NCBI GenBank assembly: GCA_002811645.1 | Contig: PDIP01000105.1 | Location: 94,573-158,572 of the forward strand | Direction of reading: 5' to 3' | From: Corallochytrium limacisporum Hawaii | Taxonomy: Eukaryota > Protista > Pluriformea | Length of the DNA stretch: 64,000 nucleotides | In this document: positions 20,764 through 33,100 of the stretch, piece by piece | How the letters are laid out: each line of letters begins with the position of its first letter | Numbering within the stretch: position 1 is the stretch's first letter | Made by a program: the position numbers and the translations under genes | The notes under the pieces: model-generated | What the model saw: the letters and a program-made list of their open reading frames with translations, nothing else | Databases searched by the model: none | Told to the model about the DNA's origin: nothing

Positions 20764-23700
20764 CTACCAGAATGGGCACCAGCCGATGTAGCATTGGCAG
20801 AGATTCTCGTGGCTTGTAGCCTGGATGATCAGACGTTGGACTTGCTCAGGAACCTCCAGTGTCTCATGTGGGCCAAAGTCACGCCCGGTCAGTTTGGCCT
20901 GCACACGAGTGATGACTTCTATGGCTCTTTCATTCAGGGCTTCCGGCTTTTCTACATTGTCCATACCATCAATCACCTCTGTCTCTTGCACCTGGCGGTG
21001 CTTCGAGGGTTTGTCGACGGCAGGCTTTCGGCTGCTTTCGTCCATTTCACTTTCGAGGCCTTCCTTACCGGCGTTGGAGTCACGCGTCCCGGCTTGACGC
21101 TTGCCCTTCGAGTCTACAAGACGCCAGTTGATCAACGGATCGTATACAAAGGCCTCAAGCACGGCCATCAGACTATCCTTATTGCCGCGCAGAACTCTCA
21201 TAACCGCCTCCGAAATAATGCGATAATTTCCTTCGATCCCAGACACTTCCATGACTGCGGTTAGCATGCGCGTTAAGCGGAAGGGAATCTTTTCAGGGAA
21301 CTTCTCACGATGCATTGCAACCTCGAAACAGTCACCGAAATCAATGTGCAAAATTTTGCCTGTGAATCGGTGCAACATGAGGTTAGATGGGTGGCGATCT
21401 CCCAGACCGAGAATATATCCCACAATGCTCATGGTGGCGAGAGACCGCGTATAGTTGGTACGCCGTTGCAGCCAGGACTCAGAATCCTGGGCGCGAAGCC
21501 AGAGCACCTTCGCAAGGTCAGTTCCCGCCGTGTTGTCAAGGGCGTACTGGAAGACTTCAATCTTGTTGAGCACAGGCAGATGATCGTAGTCGGGTGCCAT
21601 CTGCAGCATCAAACGATGCTCAATGTTGAGCAAAATCTTGCGTGAGTCACGGTAGTCGCGGATCAATGAATGGAGAGTATCGCAATGGGAAACCCATCCA
21701 ATAAGACCAGAATTTGGCGCAAGAGGCACCACTGCATAGCGCCGGATACTCAGGTGTCTTTGGAATGTCTCTGGCGACGTGGCCAGCAGAGTATTCACTA
21801 AGCCGAACAATTGCATCACCCTCTCGTCCTGGCGCAAGTCTTCGTGTCCCTTGAGCAGGTACTGGTAACTCTTACCATCAGATCCCACAATGCTCAACTT
21901 CCTTGGACGCTGCTTCGACGTAATGACAGATAGAGAAGATGAGAACGACTTGATGCGCACCAGTGGTTCACCAGACTGATAGGTACCAGGAACAGCCAAC
22001 TCGAGGTCAGTGGCGGCCAGAAGCTTTGGCGACACAACCTGCAGCTCAAGACTGGTGAGACTCGGCAGCTGCTTGCTGATCTGGCGGAACACCTGGTAGT
22101 ACAGATCCCATGCCTGCAGAATATCCTTGGAATTACGTGTGCGCTTGAACTTCCTGCACCACTCAAAGGCTTCCTTCAAGTCTTTGCCGTAGGCCTGGAT
22201 GAAGTTGATCTCACGCATGGTCTCGGGGCCTCGTTCCATCATCTGATGCAATGGTTCTACGATGGCGAACATTCCCTCTACATTCTGGTCCACAAAGTAC
22301 ATTTTTGATGCCTCCTCCAGACCTTCATGCCACAACTCTTGCCACAGAATGGCTACTCGGATAAGCTCTTGACTGACTAGCAACGCTTGGTCTACCAAAT
22401 CCTTGGAATGCTGTCGCATGTTCTCTAAAATTGTGCTGGCTGCCTCTCGTCGGGGGACAGACTGAGACTTGGAAGCGACAGTTAGAGGGTAAATCAGAGC
22501 CTGCGGATGCTCCTTTCCAATATCCACGAGTAATTCACTGATGAGACGTCTCACATTGCGAGCTTGAGTGTGGATACGAGCAATGAGCTGAGGAATCACC
22601 TGCAGCCATGTATCAATGCTGACTGTCCGAATCCCTCGTTCAGAGCGAATGCCTTCGCGGATGCGATCACTCACCTCTTCATGGTATCCGTACTTGAACC
22701 AGAGGGTCAAGAGACGCAGTACGTCCTGGAGACTGTTTCCCTTTAACAACGAAATGGACGAGAAGAAACCGGACACCGCAGAAGTGATATTGTCCAAATA
22801 CTCCGAAATGTGGGTGCCCTGCTTTTCCTTCTGGTTCGCTGCCTCAAAGGACATGACTGCAAATGCATGCCATGCCTTGTACCACATTTGGTCCTTTTCA
22901 GTTGCTGCTTCGTAGTACGCCAGGGTTTGGCGAATCGTATCCTCTGTCATGTCCTCCTCAAGGGCCTGACACCAGTGTCCAAGATTCACATAGCACCTTG
23001 CCAGCAGCGCATCGGTCTGCTCTTCAGCAACCCCGGCGCTGATAGTGCGGTTGAGGTGTTCCACAAATTTCTGCATGCCTTGGTAGGCGCCTTCTCTGTC
23101 TCCTTGCACCCATTTGTGCCGCAAAAACGTGTAGGCTATCTTAGGATATGCTTGGATGGGTGGTTCACGAGCTTCTGGGAGCACTCCTCCGGGAAGAAGT
23201 TGACGGATGATCTTCTCGCTGAGGTCAAGACGGCCGCGCTTTTGGGCCAAAGCAACAAATTTCAGGAGCATGTCACGATTCTCTACAGGGGTCAAAACCA
23301 TGGAATGGACACGGATGATGCGCTGCCAGATATCCAGGTCACGTTGAACACCTTTGAGACGAGATTCCCATGTGTGACGTATGAATTCACGTCGAGTGTG
23401 GTCGCTCTTCTTGTAGAGCATGACCTCCTCGAGCTCACTTAGCATCTGGGCACGCACCACAGCATCATACGCGCGGTAGTAGGATTCACCGGCTAACGCA
23501 GTGAGCTCGACATCGAGGCGGTCACGGGTGCGCTCAATTTCCTTCTGGGCGCTACTGTTGTCGTTGACGTGCACATGGTAAACAGCCCTATAGAAATAGC
23601 CATCGAGGTGAGATTCGCCGATGATTTGGCCATACTCTTGAACACTGCGGAAGTCCTGCAGTGCGAAAGCGGCAGCCGCAGCGTCACATGCCAAGGTGCG

Positions 23701-26700
23701 CTTCTGATTGTCATCAAACATTATCCAGTGGCTGCGAACCAGGTTATGTACCTCCTCAAAGTTGCCCATGGAACCCAAACATCGCACACGACCATACAGG
23801 AGTTCAAAGTTGTTGGGATCTGTCTCCTGCTTCTTTTCATACGCTGCAAGGGCTTCATCCCAGTGTTGCAGCTTCTCGTACCACGTTTCCTGAATAGTGA
23901 ATCCCAGGTCGTGATGCTTCTGCGCATAAATCAGAATACCAGTTGCAGCCTCTGGCTGTTGTAGCTGATTATTGATGGAAATTAGGGCTTCGAAAGTATT
24001 CTGTGGAGAAATGAAAAACTCCTGCTCCTTATAATGCAAAGCCTTCGCATATGCATGGCACTTCAGTGCATACTCTCCCAGGGTGCGCACATCTATGGGC
24101 AACGTCTTGTCGTCGTGCTCCATAAACTCTGCCAAATTCAAAAGAGTTTGCAGAATCTCCGGAGGCATGTTCGGAGACATAAGTGCGATTTCCAGAGAAC
24201 GGACAAGCTCCTCTTGATGTTGCTCGTAAAGTTCAGTCCAACAGCTCACAAAAGCAGCATTGAAGAGCTCTCGAGCTAGCGGTTGGTGCACCGCAGCCAA
24301 CGCAGAGCATGAGCGCAGGGACGGTGAAGGAGATTCCCGCAATAATTCAACAGAAAATCGTCGCATCCATTCCATCCAGTCTTCCTTGGTTGATCTTTGT
24401 GACGCTTCCCATGCACGTTTTAAGTTCTGTTGGTTCACGTGCAATTTCTTGATGGTCGTTCCCGTGTCAAATTTGAAACGATCGTCGTCAATTGGATTGG
24501 TACTATTCGAGAGGGCTGCATATTCATCGAGCGGCAATCGAATCCCTCTCATGATGCGCGAGACAAGCTGCTCGTAACGCGGTCGATGGATACCGTGCAC
24601 AGCCATAGCTTTGGCCACCAATGGTACGAAGATAATGTAGCGATCCTGCATTTGGAGGGCCAAGATGGTTAGGCAGTCAATAACCGGGTAGTGCAAATCC
24701 GTAGGTCCAGATTCAAGAACGCGCGCAAAGGTGTGAATGAGTCTTGAACTGAAGTCAACGAAGTTGAGGCGACGGCTCAGCCGACCAATGGTCAAAACAA
24801 TCTCTTTTCGAACTGCAACAGGGTGTTCACTTGACTCTACGGAGTCTACCAGTGGCGTGATGATCAAGTGTAGGTAGTCAGTCAGATTGAGGCCGAAGAC
24901 TTCCAAACAATGCAAGACCTTCAGCATTGCAGTTCGCCGTTCGCTCTTGTCATAGGTATACACTCGCATGATCTGCGGCAGCAGCTTTGACATGTGCACT
25001 TTAAATTCGGAGTCGAATGCTGAGCTGATAGACTCCAGAAGCGTGATGATGGTAATTTGACCACCGCCAGGAGTGCCCCAGTACTCTTGAATCAAGTCAA
25101 ATATGTCGTTCAAGTACTCACGGATATTCTGTTTCACAATGGAAACAAGGACTCCAAGCTGCTGGAACATGAACTCCCGCAACGACTGCTCACCGGTACG
25201 CATGACCTGCAATAGAGCTGGCATAACATGTCTCAAGAATGGCACGCACTTCAGACCCAAAGACTTGAAGATGAACATCACTGCCTGAATGACTGAGTTA
25301 TGATGGGCAGACTTGGACGGGTCCCTGAGAATGCGCATGAGCGCACGAATAGCGACTGTCGGAAAGTAAGACTCGTCATTAACTGACAGATTCGAGACCA
25401 ATTCCAAATTATCCAAAGAATTTGCGTCAATGTACCCCTGGTCTGCCTTGGCGTCACTGTCCTGCAGTTCAGCCAAATTTACCCGATGCTTGTACGGGTC
25501 GAGAGCACCCAGAATGCCGAGGACCTTCATTAGCTCCCTCCGGATATGCGGAGCCTGCTCCGACTTGAGGAAGTTCAAAATAAGATCCAGCAGATTGGGA
25601 TAGATTTCATAGGGGACAATAACATAGCCCGTACTTTGGGCCAATTGTCCCAACGTTCGGATAGCCACCTCTCTCTTTGTTACACTCGATTGATCCTGCA
25701 GGGTTTCGATAATGAGTGCCATCAACGTGTTCATATACTTATCCATTTGAGATCCACCTACTTGCGCCAGTTCTCCAATGGCAGCAAGGGAATTTACCGC
25801 TAAGCCATGAGACGACTCACGCAATTTAGGTACCAGTGCATTTAGCACAGGATCTACGTATGGCTTGATCAAACCCAAAGCATTTGCAATCAAGTGGCAC
25901 AAAAGTCTTGCCGATTCCTCCTTTGTCCTCGTTAGCATCGAGAATTCAAGTTCGTTCAGCAACTGAAGGAGGTATTTCCGCAACGTGGGAAGGCAGTCGG
26001 CCGGGTTGCACGCAGCCAGATGCCCAACCATTGCCACTGCCAGCTCTCTAATCTCAAAGACTTCGTCGTTCAATGCCAGGAATATATAGCGAACCGTTTC
26101 CATCTGAGCAAGGTACTTATCAAAGCGCTTGTACAAAGATTTCAGTACCTCCAGGCGAATTGTAGGATCTGGATCCGTGATCGCAACGGACAACAGCTTT
26201 TCCAAGATATCAGGGACAATCTCTGCAGTTTGCAACACCACTGGGGCTTCCGTTTTCATATCTCCGTTCATAATGTGTCCATAGCTGTTTGCAATTTGGT
26301 CCTCATCCTTGTAGCGCTGAAGTAGTCTTGACAGTGTGATAGCTGCCTCTTTCCTAATGTGTGGATTCGGGTTGTCCAAAAATGCTACAACATTCTCCCA
26401 TACTGAGTGCGTGATAAGCTGCCCACGGAATTCAAACACTCCCAATGTGTTCAAAGCCAATTTCATGACATGGCCTTCTGCTGACTCCTTGAGTGTACCT
26501 GAGGCACTTGACATGCTCAAGTTGATCTGTGATGATTTGATAGCCACTAAGCTTCCTCTATGACCATTCATGCCATTGGCTTTGGTCTTACCCTGGAGTG
26601 GTCTGGACAAAACGTCAGAAATAGCCTCAAGAAGCATTTCTTGCACTTCTTCTGTTGCACTTGGAAGATTTGCTGTGATCCCGGATAGTGATTCTGTCAG

Positions 26701-27912
26701 TTCTTGGCTCAGCCCAGAGCTAAACATCAGTGGAATAAGGTTGATAATCTCAGCTTCTATGTCTCTGCCTGCTCCTTTTACAAGCATACCAATGCATTGC
26801 AAAACTTGCTTTTCTGCGTGGTACTTTGCTTTTTTGTTGTGCTTGACCTGCAATTCTTGTTTCAAAGGTACGATGATTTGGTCAATGTACGGGACGATGG
26901 CAGTCTTTACTTCTACCGCAAGCTTGCCAATGGCCTCAAAAGCTGCTCCTCGCTCTTTCGGTACCTTCAACATGGTCGTCAAAGAATTGATACAAGACTC
27001 AAGGTAGCCTTGTGTGAATGCACTCTGATTGATGGCAGCCAGTCCAGGAAGCATATCAATGACTGTCCGAGCAATGTATGGAGTCTTGTGCTCTAGGAAT
27101 TGCATCACCAGTTGACAGACTTCCTCGTATCTAAGTTCAATGAAGTCTCCAGCGACCATAATCAACTCTTCGATGATAAGTAATGATCCATGCACCATTT
27201 CGTCCTTGCTTGTGGCAGCGGCTTTCAATCCCGTTACCGAGTCTTCGTAAATTTTGTTGTACCACTGTGCCTTGATACGGTACTCCCTTTGCGCTGTAAG
27301 TTGCAAAACAGCATGCAAAGCTGCCTTCGCTCCGTCCCGAACCGACAGCTTAACGTCTTTGATGGCTACCACGATAGCATCAAAGAATGGGGCCAAATGG
27401 TTGTAGAACAAAGCGGGGGCATTGAGCGCAATTTGTTCCAGTGTGAATACAGCACTTAAGCGTTTACTCTCAACTCGATCCGCCTGCTGTAGCCATTCAA
27501 AAGATCTCTCGCATTCAAACTGGACCATGTCTGCAGTTAAGGAACCTCCAGCAAGAACAAGCCTGCCGATCGCTCGAGAGGCAGCCAATGTGACGTGAAC
27601 ATCGCTGGTTGGCAACACCTCTCGGAGATATGTATGGAACCTCGTAAATTTTTGGGTGTTTTCTTCACCTTCAATGTCAATCAATGCTTCAATCAAGGAG
27701 ATTCCCCCCAATTTTTCATTGCTGTCTGACCCCTTGGAAACGAACTCGTATATAAGCTTGTTCACCTCGTCATTAGTTTTAGAGAACACATCTCCGGATT
27801 CGTCCCGGGCAGCTGAGCTCACAGCATTACTGATATCCTTGGCAGCATTGAGACGAACCTCTTCAGACCTGTTCCGGAGGTCGCTAACTAATTTTTGTTT
27901 AATCATTCCCAT
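20764..27912 (-). CDS. TOR: Target of rapamycin kinase, intronless
   Basis: HEAT repeats, FAT, FRB (AILWQELWHEGLEEAS), kinase (LLKGHEDLRQDERVMQ, GLGDRHPSN, HIDFGDCFE) and FATC ending LCQCYIGWCPFW. Confidence 0.99.
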   Translation of the reverse strand: MGMIKQKLVSDLRNRSEEVRLNAAKDISNAVSSAARDESGDVFSKTNDEVNKLIYEFVSKGSDSNEKLGGISLIEALIDIEGEENTQKFTRFHTYLREVLPTSDVHVTLAASRAIGRLVLAGGSLTADMVQFECERSFEWLQQADRVESKRLSAVFTLEQIALNAPALFYNHLAPFFDAIVVAIKDVKLSVRDGAKAALHAVLQLTAQREYRIKAQWYNKIYEDSVTGLKAAATSKDEMVHGSLLIIEELIMVAGDFIELRYEEVCQLVMQFLEHKTPYIARTVIDMLPGLAAINQSAFTQGYLESCINSLTTMLKVPKERGAAFEAIGKLAVEVKTAIVPYIDQIIVPLKQELQVKHNKKAKYHAEKQVLQCIGMLVKGAGRDIEAEIINLIPLMFSSGLSQELTESLSGITANLPSATEEVQEMLLEAISDVLSRPLQGKTKANGMNGHRGSLVAIKSSQINLSMSSASGTLKESAEGHVMKLALNTLGVFEFRGQLITHSVWENVVAFLDNPNPHIRKEAAITLSRLLQRYKDEDQIANSYGHIMNGDMKTEAPVVLQTAEIVPDILEKLLSVAITDPDPTIRLEVLKSLYKRFDKYLAQMETVRYIFLALNDEVFEIRELAVAMVGHLAACNPADCLPTLRKYLLQLLNELEFSMLTRTKEESARLLCHLIANALGLIKPYVDPVLNALVPKLRESSHGLAVNSLAAIGELAQVGGSQMDKYMNTLMALIIETLQDQSSVTKREVAIRTLGQLAQSTGYVIVPYEIYPNLLDLILNFLKSEQAPHIRRELMKVLGILGALDPYKHRVNLAELQDSDAKADQGYIDANSLDNLELVSNLSVNDESYFPTVAIRALMRILRDPSKSAHHNSVIQAVMFIFKSLGLKCVPFLRHVMPALLQVMRTGEQSLREFMFQQLGVLVSIVKQNIREYLNDIFDLIQEYWGTPGGGQITIITLLESISSAFDSEFKVHMSKLLPQIMRVYTYDKSERRTAMLKVLHCLEVFGLNLTDYLHLIITPLVDSVESSEHPVAVRKEIVLTIGRLSRRLNFVDFSSRLIHTFARVLESGPTDLHYPVIDCLTILALQMQDRYIIFVPLVAKAMAVHGIHRPRYEQLVSRIMRGIRLPLDEYAALSNSTNPIDDDRFKFDTGTTIKKLHVNQQNLKRAWEASQRSTKEDWMEWMRRFSVELLRESPSPSLRSCSALAAVHQPLARELFNAAFVSCWTELYEQHQEELVRSLEIALMSPNMPPEILQTLLNLAEFMEHDDKTLPIDVRTLGEYALKCHAYAKALHYKEQEFFISPQNTFEALISINNQLQQPEAATGILIYAQKHHDLGFTIQETWYEKLQHWDEALAAYEKKQETDPNNFELLYGRVRCLGSMGNFEEVHNLVRSHWIMFDDNQKRTLACDAAAAAFALQDFRSVQEYGQIIGESHLDGYFYRAVYHVHVNDNSSAQKEIERTRDRLDVELTALAGESYYRAYDAVVRAQMLSELEEVMLYKKSDHTRREFIRHTWESRLKGVQRDLDIWQRIIRVHSMVLTPVENRDMLLKFVALAQKRGRLDLSEKIIRQLLPGGVLPEAREPPIQAYPKIAYTFLRHKWVQGDREGAYQGMQKFVEHLNRTISAGVAEEQTDALLARCYVNLGHWCQALEEDMTEDTIRQTLAYYEAATEKDQMWYKAWHAFAVMSFEAANQKEKQGTHISEYLDNITSAVSGFFSSISLLKGNSLQDVLRLLTLWFKYGYHEEVSDRIREGIRSERGIRTVSIDTWLQVIPQLIARIHTQARNVRRLISELLVDIGKEHPQALIYPLTVASKSQSVPRREAASTILENMRQHSKDLVDQALLVSQELIRVAILWQELWHEGLEEASKMYFVDQNVEGMFAIVEPLHQMMERGPETMREINFIQAYGKDLKEAFEWCRKFKRTRNSKDILQAWDLYYQVFRQISKQLPSLTSLELQVVSPKLLAATDLELAVPGTYQSGEPLVRIKSFSSSLSVITSKQRPRKLSIVGSDGKSYQYLLKGHEDLRQDERVMQLFGLVNTLLATSPETFQRHLSIRRYAVVPLAPNSGLIGWVSHCDTLHSLIRDYRDSRKILLNIEHRLMLQMAPDYDHLPVLNKIEVFQYALDNTAGTDLAKVLWLRAQDSESWLQRRTNYTRSLATMSIVGYILGLGDRHPSNLMLHRFTGKILHIDFGDCFEVAMHREKFPEKIPFRLTRMLTAVMEVSGIEGNYRIISEAVMRVLRGNKDSLMAVLEAFVYDPLINWRLVDSKGKRQAGTRDSNAGKEGLESEMDESSRKPAVDKPSKHRQVQETEVIDGMDNVEKPEALNERAIEVITRVQAKLTGRDFGPHETLEVPEQVQRLIIQATSHENLCQCYIGWCPFW

Positions 27913-28585
27913 CTTTACAGATAATTGGGAGCCTTTCCATCTGTATCTCTAATCTTCTGAATCCATTGTGATCGCTGTACACATGGGTAGAATAAATTGG
28001 TCCCTTCCCGATACCCTTACAGTACTTGCTTATCACGTATTTTGTCATCTAATTCCTAACAACTACATAGAAATCCATTCAGATCTGAAATACAACCCTA
28101 CATCTCACTTTAAAATACAGAAATTCATAGTCCACATCGGCGCAGGTGCTCTCCTACTTGGTAGTCGAGCCCTCCGCTGATCCACCCCGGAGCCGTCTCT
28201 ACGCGGTAGTAGGGCGCCACTGCGCGGCGGTGGTGATTCAGTGCGATACACTGTCCCACTGCTCCGGCCCCTCCCTTCCAGTAGTCCTTCGTTACTAGTG
28301 GGCGCAGCAACAGCCGAGGCGCTCCACAACAACACCCCCCTCCCTTCCCTCTTTCTCCTTGGTTGAGATAGTCCTTCCTCCTGTATTTCTTCCTGGTTTC
28401 CTTCCTCCCTGCTTTTTATTTACGCTTGTTTCCCTCGCTCCCTCCCGTTCGGTTTCACTGCTTCCCAGCCTCTCCCCGTCTTCGATTCCGAGCACTATCC
28501 TTTCCCGCCCCGGCCCCTTCCCCAATTCCCCGTCCTCGCCACAGAAGCCGACTCGAGTGGCTGTTTCACAAACCGCTGTTGCCGG

Positions 28586-28708
28586 NNNNNNNNNNNNNNN
28601 NNNNNNNNNNNNNNNNNNNNNNNNNNNNNNNNNNNNNNNNNNNNNNNNNNNNNNNNNNNNNNNNNNNNNNNNNNNNNNNNNNNNNNNNNNNNNNNNNNNN
28701 NNNNNNNN
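28586..28708. other. Assembly gap in the TOR/RalGAPA divergent intergenic
   Basis: N run followed by a G-run. Confidence 0.99.
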
Positions 28709-29764
28709 GGGGGGGGCCGGGGGAGGCTGGTACGGAGGACTGCCGGCCAGGCGCCGAAGGCCGACGAATGAGACAGAGACACGGCTGAAACCGTAGGGCG
28801 GGCCCGGGGATCTAGGTGGGTGGGGGGTGTACACCACAGCCGACCAAGCTTCCGTAGAAAAAGAACGGGAAGCTGGAGCTGGAGACTATATCGGAATGAA
28901 GCGAAGCCCGCCCCTCCCGGGGGGGGGGGCATGGAGTGTGGAAGGGGAGTAGCGAGAGTTGTCATTTTCATAAAAAATGTATAGGAGATGTGCGACCAAC
29001 GCGGTAAGGCCCGTGCAAGCGGAGAGAGATCGGAACGTTAGCGGTGCGATGGGTGGATGGAAGTTCATGGTCTGATAGGAGCCTGCCCGTTCTTTGTTCC
29101 ACTCCGGCATCAGAAAGTCATGGTAGGTTTGATAGCAAGATAGGATGATGACAATCATGTGAAGATGGATTCTTTATTAAGGATATGCATATGGACGACG
29201 GAACAAGAGTTAGAATGATACAGAGTTACAATCCGTAGGCACAGGCAGTGTTTATGCCAATTGTGAGAACTACGAAGATGCACACCTTCATCAAAGTGTC
29301 ACTGTTCACTTTCCTGGTCTCTTCATCTGTCCGACTGTCCAGATAGATCTGCCTAAAGTTCGGTAGCATGGACATCGTGTTCGAAAGGAGGATTGCCTTT
29401 GTACTGCTCTTGTGACGTGACTCTCACGTACTAGTGAGACTTGACTCTCTGTACGGGATCAGTGGTTTATCTTTTCAACCTTATGCACAGCCATAACAGC
29501 CCACTCTTTTCAAAAGACAACAACAAGTTGCAGCTTCTTCTCCGAAGGCGTTCGGATACACAAAACTTGTCGCTCCCCGACACTCCTCCCCTTGGCAGCA
29601 AGAGCCCCTTTCCTCCATCCCAGGCCGCGCTGCTAGGCGCTGTTCATTCCGTCCCTCCGTCCCGCTGCTGTGGCGCTCTTTTTCCCTCAAAAACCGCGGT
29701 TCTGTGACCGCATTGTAAACACATTGCTGTGCCCGTATCTGGACGCACACAAAAATGTCAACTT

Positions 29765-29842
29765 CCCCGGCCCCCCCCCTCAACTCCCCCCCCCTCTTCC
29801 TAAAGGCCTATCCCACAGCTGCTCCCCGGGGGGGGGGCCCCC
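29765..29842. promoter_or_regulatory. Poly(dC)...poly(dG) tract upstream of RalGAPA
   Basis: Two C9 runs, then CCCC-G10-CCCCC. Confidence 0.45.
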
Positions 29843-29941
29843 TTACGCAAGGGACTCGGACCACTTAAAGATCGTAGTTGGGACCCGCGAAAGTGGTTAC
29901 CACCATGGAGCGTACGCTGACTGGTACTGCTGGCCATTATG

Positions 29942-30021
29942 GTAGGTATTTTAGGGGTCACAGGACTGATTGGATATGAAATCTGTAATATTCAATTGCT
30001 AATGCCCCTGAGTATCTACAG
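29942..30021 (+). other. Predicted intron (80 nt) directly after an ATG, in frame with RalGAPA
   Basis: ATG(29939-29941)|GTAGGT donor, GCTAAT branch at 29998-30003, CTACAG acceptor ending 30021. The spliced product ATG CGC GAT AAA... is in frame with the ORF. Confidence 0.6.
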
Positions 30022-30105
30022 CGCGATAAAGATATAGACATTCAGTACGTGCGACATGGTGAAACAGAGAGGCATACAATATGTGAAGAGCACAACAAAA
30101 TCAGG

Positions 30106-33100
30106 ATGAGTAGTCGTCGGAGTCGGAGTCCTATCAGCCCGCGCGATGCTCGGGAGACGCCCCGTAGCTCTATTCTGAGCCTTGGAGGAAGGAAACCCAG
30201 CAACTGGGCAACAGTACAGCAATTTTTCAACACCAAAGAGAAAATTGAAGACTACAAACGCGGAGGGAAGATGCAAAAGAAGATCGAGACGTTCTTCAAG
30301 GAAGACAAGGACTCAAGCAAGCGTTTTAAAGCTTTGTGGACTTTTCTCGAAGGAACTAGCGTCCGGGAACAGCAGCAATTTTTCTCGGAGAACGCATTTG
30401 CTATCTACTTTGTCGTTCGGGAGAATATTGCCATCCTGGAAATGTCGGTAAAGAACCGTTTGTTGAAGGACAAGGAAGCCAGTGATGAAACGCGAAAGGA
30501 GATAGTTGACTGCTTGACCGTTCTGTCAAAAATGATGCAGTACGTGCCAGACCTCATTCGACAACGGTGGCAGGAAGTGAGCATGTCACAAATCCTTAGG
30601 AAATGCACAGCAGCGGGCAACACCGCAGATGTGAGATCCGAAGGACTCAATATTCTCTTAACTTGGTTACTTACTTTTGAGGAGTTGAAGACCCCCACAC
30701 TGGTTATCAACCTGTTTGAGAATATGTTTGACTTAAACCAGTTTGTGCCGAAGGAAAAAGCAAACATTATTGAGCTTCGGGAAAGACGAAGCTCTGGCGT
30801 AGTCGAAGCACCCATCGTGCCACTGCCGAAGGACACTGATCTTGATACTCAACAGGTCACTGTGGATCAGCTGTCTTTATTGCTGAACTATATGGGCTCA
30901 TCGATTGAGATCTTCAAACGTCTCTGGCATTTGCTGAAGGTTAAGTACCTCGTCGATCTGTACCCGGAGCCATGCCGCGAAAATGGTCTCCTTGCTTCCG
31001 ATTCTACAAATGGTTTTCCTCTGTGCCCGATGCGAATCGAACTGGTCATGTTGGAGTACGTAATTAAGTGGTTGCGTGGCGACTCGGAGGTTCATGCAGA
31101 GATTCGGTCATATCTCTCCCAATGCCCGATCGATATCATGTTGGTCACCGAGATATTGAGACAAGGGTTTTACTTGCCGTTCGACGAGGCCGATTCAATT
31201 ATCATGACTGTTGATCTCTATGGGTGGATGTTAGAAAATGATGATTCTTTCATGTTCCTGAAGGATGAGGCCTTGTTTGGCGATGCACCCCCATATTTTG
31301 TGTATGGATATCAGAACTACGTACGACTCTTCATTGATCATGCGTCGCGGATCTTCTTTACCGACGTCACTGATCACGACACTGCGCTCGCAACGAGGGT
31401 TTTTCTGAGAGTTTTCTCCTTTTATCAAACCCTTTCACAGAGTTCGAAAAACTCTGCAGAAAAGATCACCGAGTATTTGCTCCAGACCATCATGAGCATC
31501 ACAGAACAGATGTTGCAAGGCGCAGAGCGGATGACCCGACAATCAAAAGATATCGAAGCGACTGAATCATATCGGGCTGATGAATTCTACCTCAGCGTCG
31601 GCAAGTACGTGACCCGTAACCTGTTGAGCATGTGGATACGAGCAAATGTCACAACTCCTCTCTCCCGAGAACTTTGGGCGGGTTTGTTGCAGCTACTTTC
31701 GGGCATGGCAGACCGATCATCGGTGATCGAAAATTGGCGGGCTTGCATGTTGGAGTTGACTTACATGCTAGGTGACATTGTGTACGAAGTGAAGCTCGAT
31801 AAGCTGCCGCTGAACCTGAGCCGCTCGAAGAGTCGTCGTTTCAGGGATGAGCAGACCGCGAACATCAATCTGAACGAACCAAAGAATGTGAAAGAAGATT
31901 CCAAGGGCCTGAGTAATGCCAATATGACCATGCCAATATTGAACATGGCTGTGGAATTGCATCCGCAAATTGTTGAAGTACTCGAGGGCGAGGATCTTAT
32001 GCGCCACTACGAAGAGACAACCAATTTCCAAGATTCCGAGCTGGAACCCGAGCAGATAGTATATTTGTGGAAGAACATGCTGAGCATCGTTGGCGATATG
32101 AATGAGATCAAGTCTCCACAAATTTACGCCATGGCCATGGATGCTCTGGAGGCCTTGTGGACAAACCTCTACATTATCCGGGCCAACATGGGCATCGGAG
32201 CCGATGGCAAAGCAATTTCTATGGAGCACCGGAAGACTCCTCCTTTGTTTTACATGTCATCATGGGTTTTTGAGGCGTGCGAAAGGGACATTGCTTACCT
32301 TGATGGTAAGTACACGGCATACCGCATGCTCTGCAGGATGATGATCCGCCGGCTTGACCACGACGTGCCCAGCCACTATTGGTCGAACTTTTATCGGTTG
32401 CTGCACCAGGCGTTCACTAGCGAGGATGAAAAGGTTTTAAGCATTGTTTTTCGTCACTGTCAGTCAATCTTCAGTCTGCTGCCTCCGGGCTTCAGTGTCA
32501 TTGTGATTGATTTCCTGCAGGCTGCTGAGAAGGTTTTGAGCAGCGACTCCCGCACTTTTGGACTCTCTGTGCGCAAGGATGCTCTTGGTATCCTGTTGAC
32601 CCTCATTACCCAACATCGCACTTATGAAGGTCGCGAGCTCGTAATTCTGGACCGGATGTCTGGATTTGGCAAGATGGAGGCTTCTTATGTGCCGTATGTG
32701 GTCCTCCGTTCACGGCTGTGGACGATTCTGAAAAAGGCTGTCACCGAAGAACCGTTCGAAGAAACTCGTTATATGGGATTTTCCGGCCTAACCACTCTGG
32801 TATTTGAGGAGATGTCCTACAATCCAACGACTCAGATGGTGGTTGACGCACTCAACATTTTCCTCGGCCTTCTCAGCTTCCCCGATCGAAATGTTGCGAG
32901 CTTGGCGGTAAGTAGTATCGACTTAATGCGAGAGCGCAAATCGAACATCATTCGTGTCTGCCCCGACATCGAATCTCGAGTGATTGAGGGCATCCTTCAG
33001 GCCATTCGTCCTCTGGCCAGCAAAGCCATTGGAGATGGCTCGAACAGCCCAAGTCGTTCCATTGTGGTTCAGTTATTTGCCTGTCTTTTGCCATGGTTCA

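Noticed and set aside
29140-29420. Protein-like fragments with stops (possible pseudogene; similar at 9830-10020 and 53670-53950)
   Set aside because: No identifiable homology; cannot be distinguished from random sequence without a search
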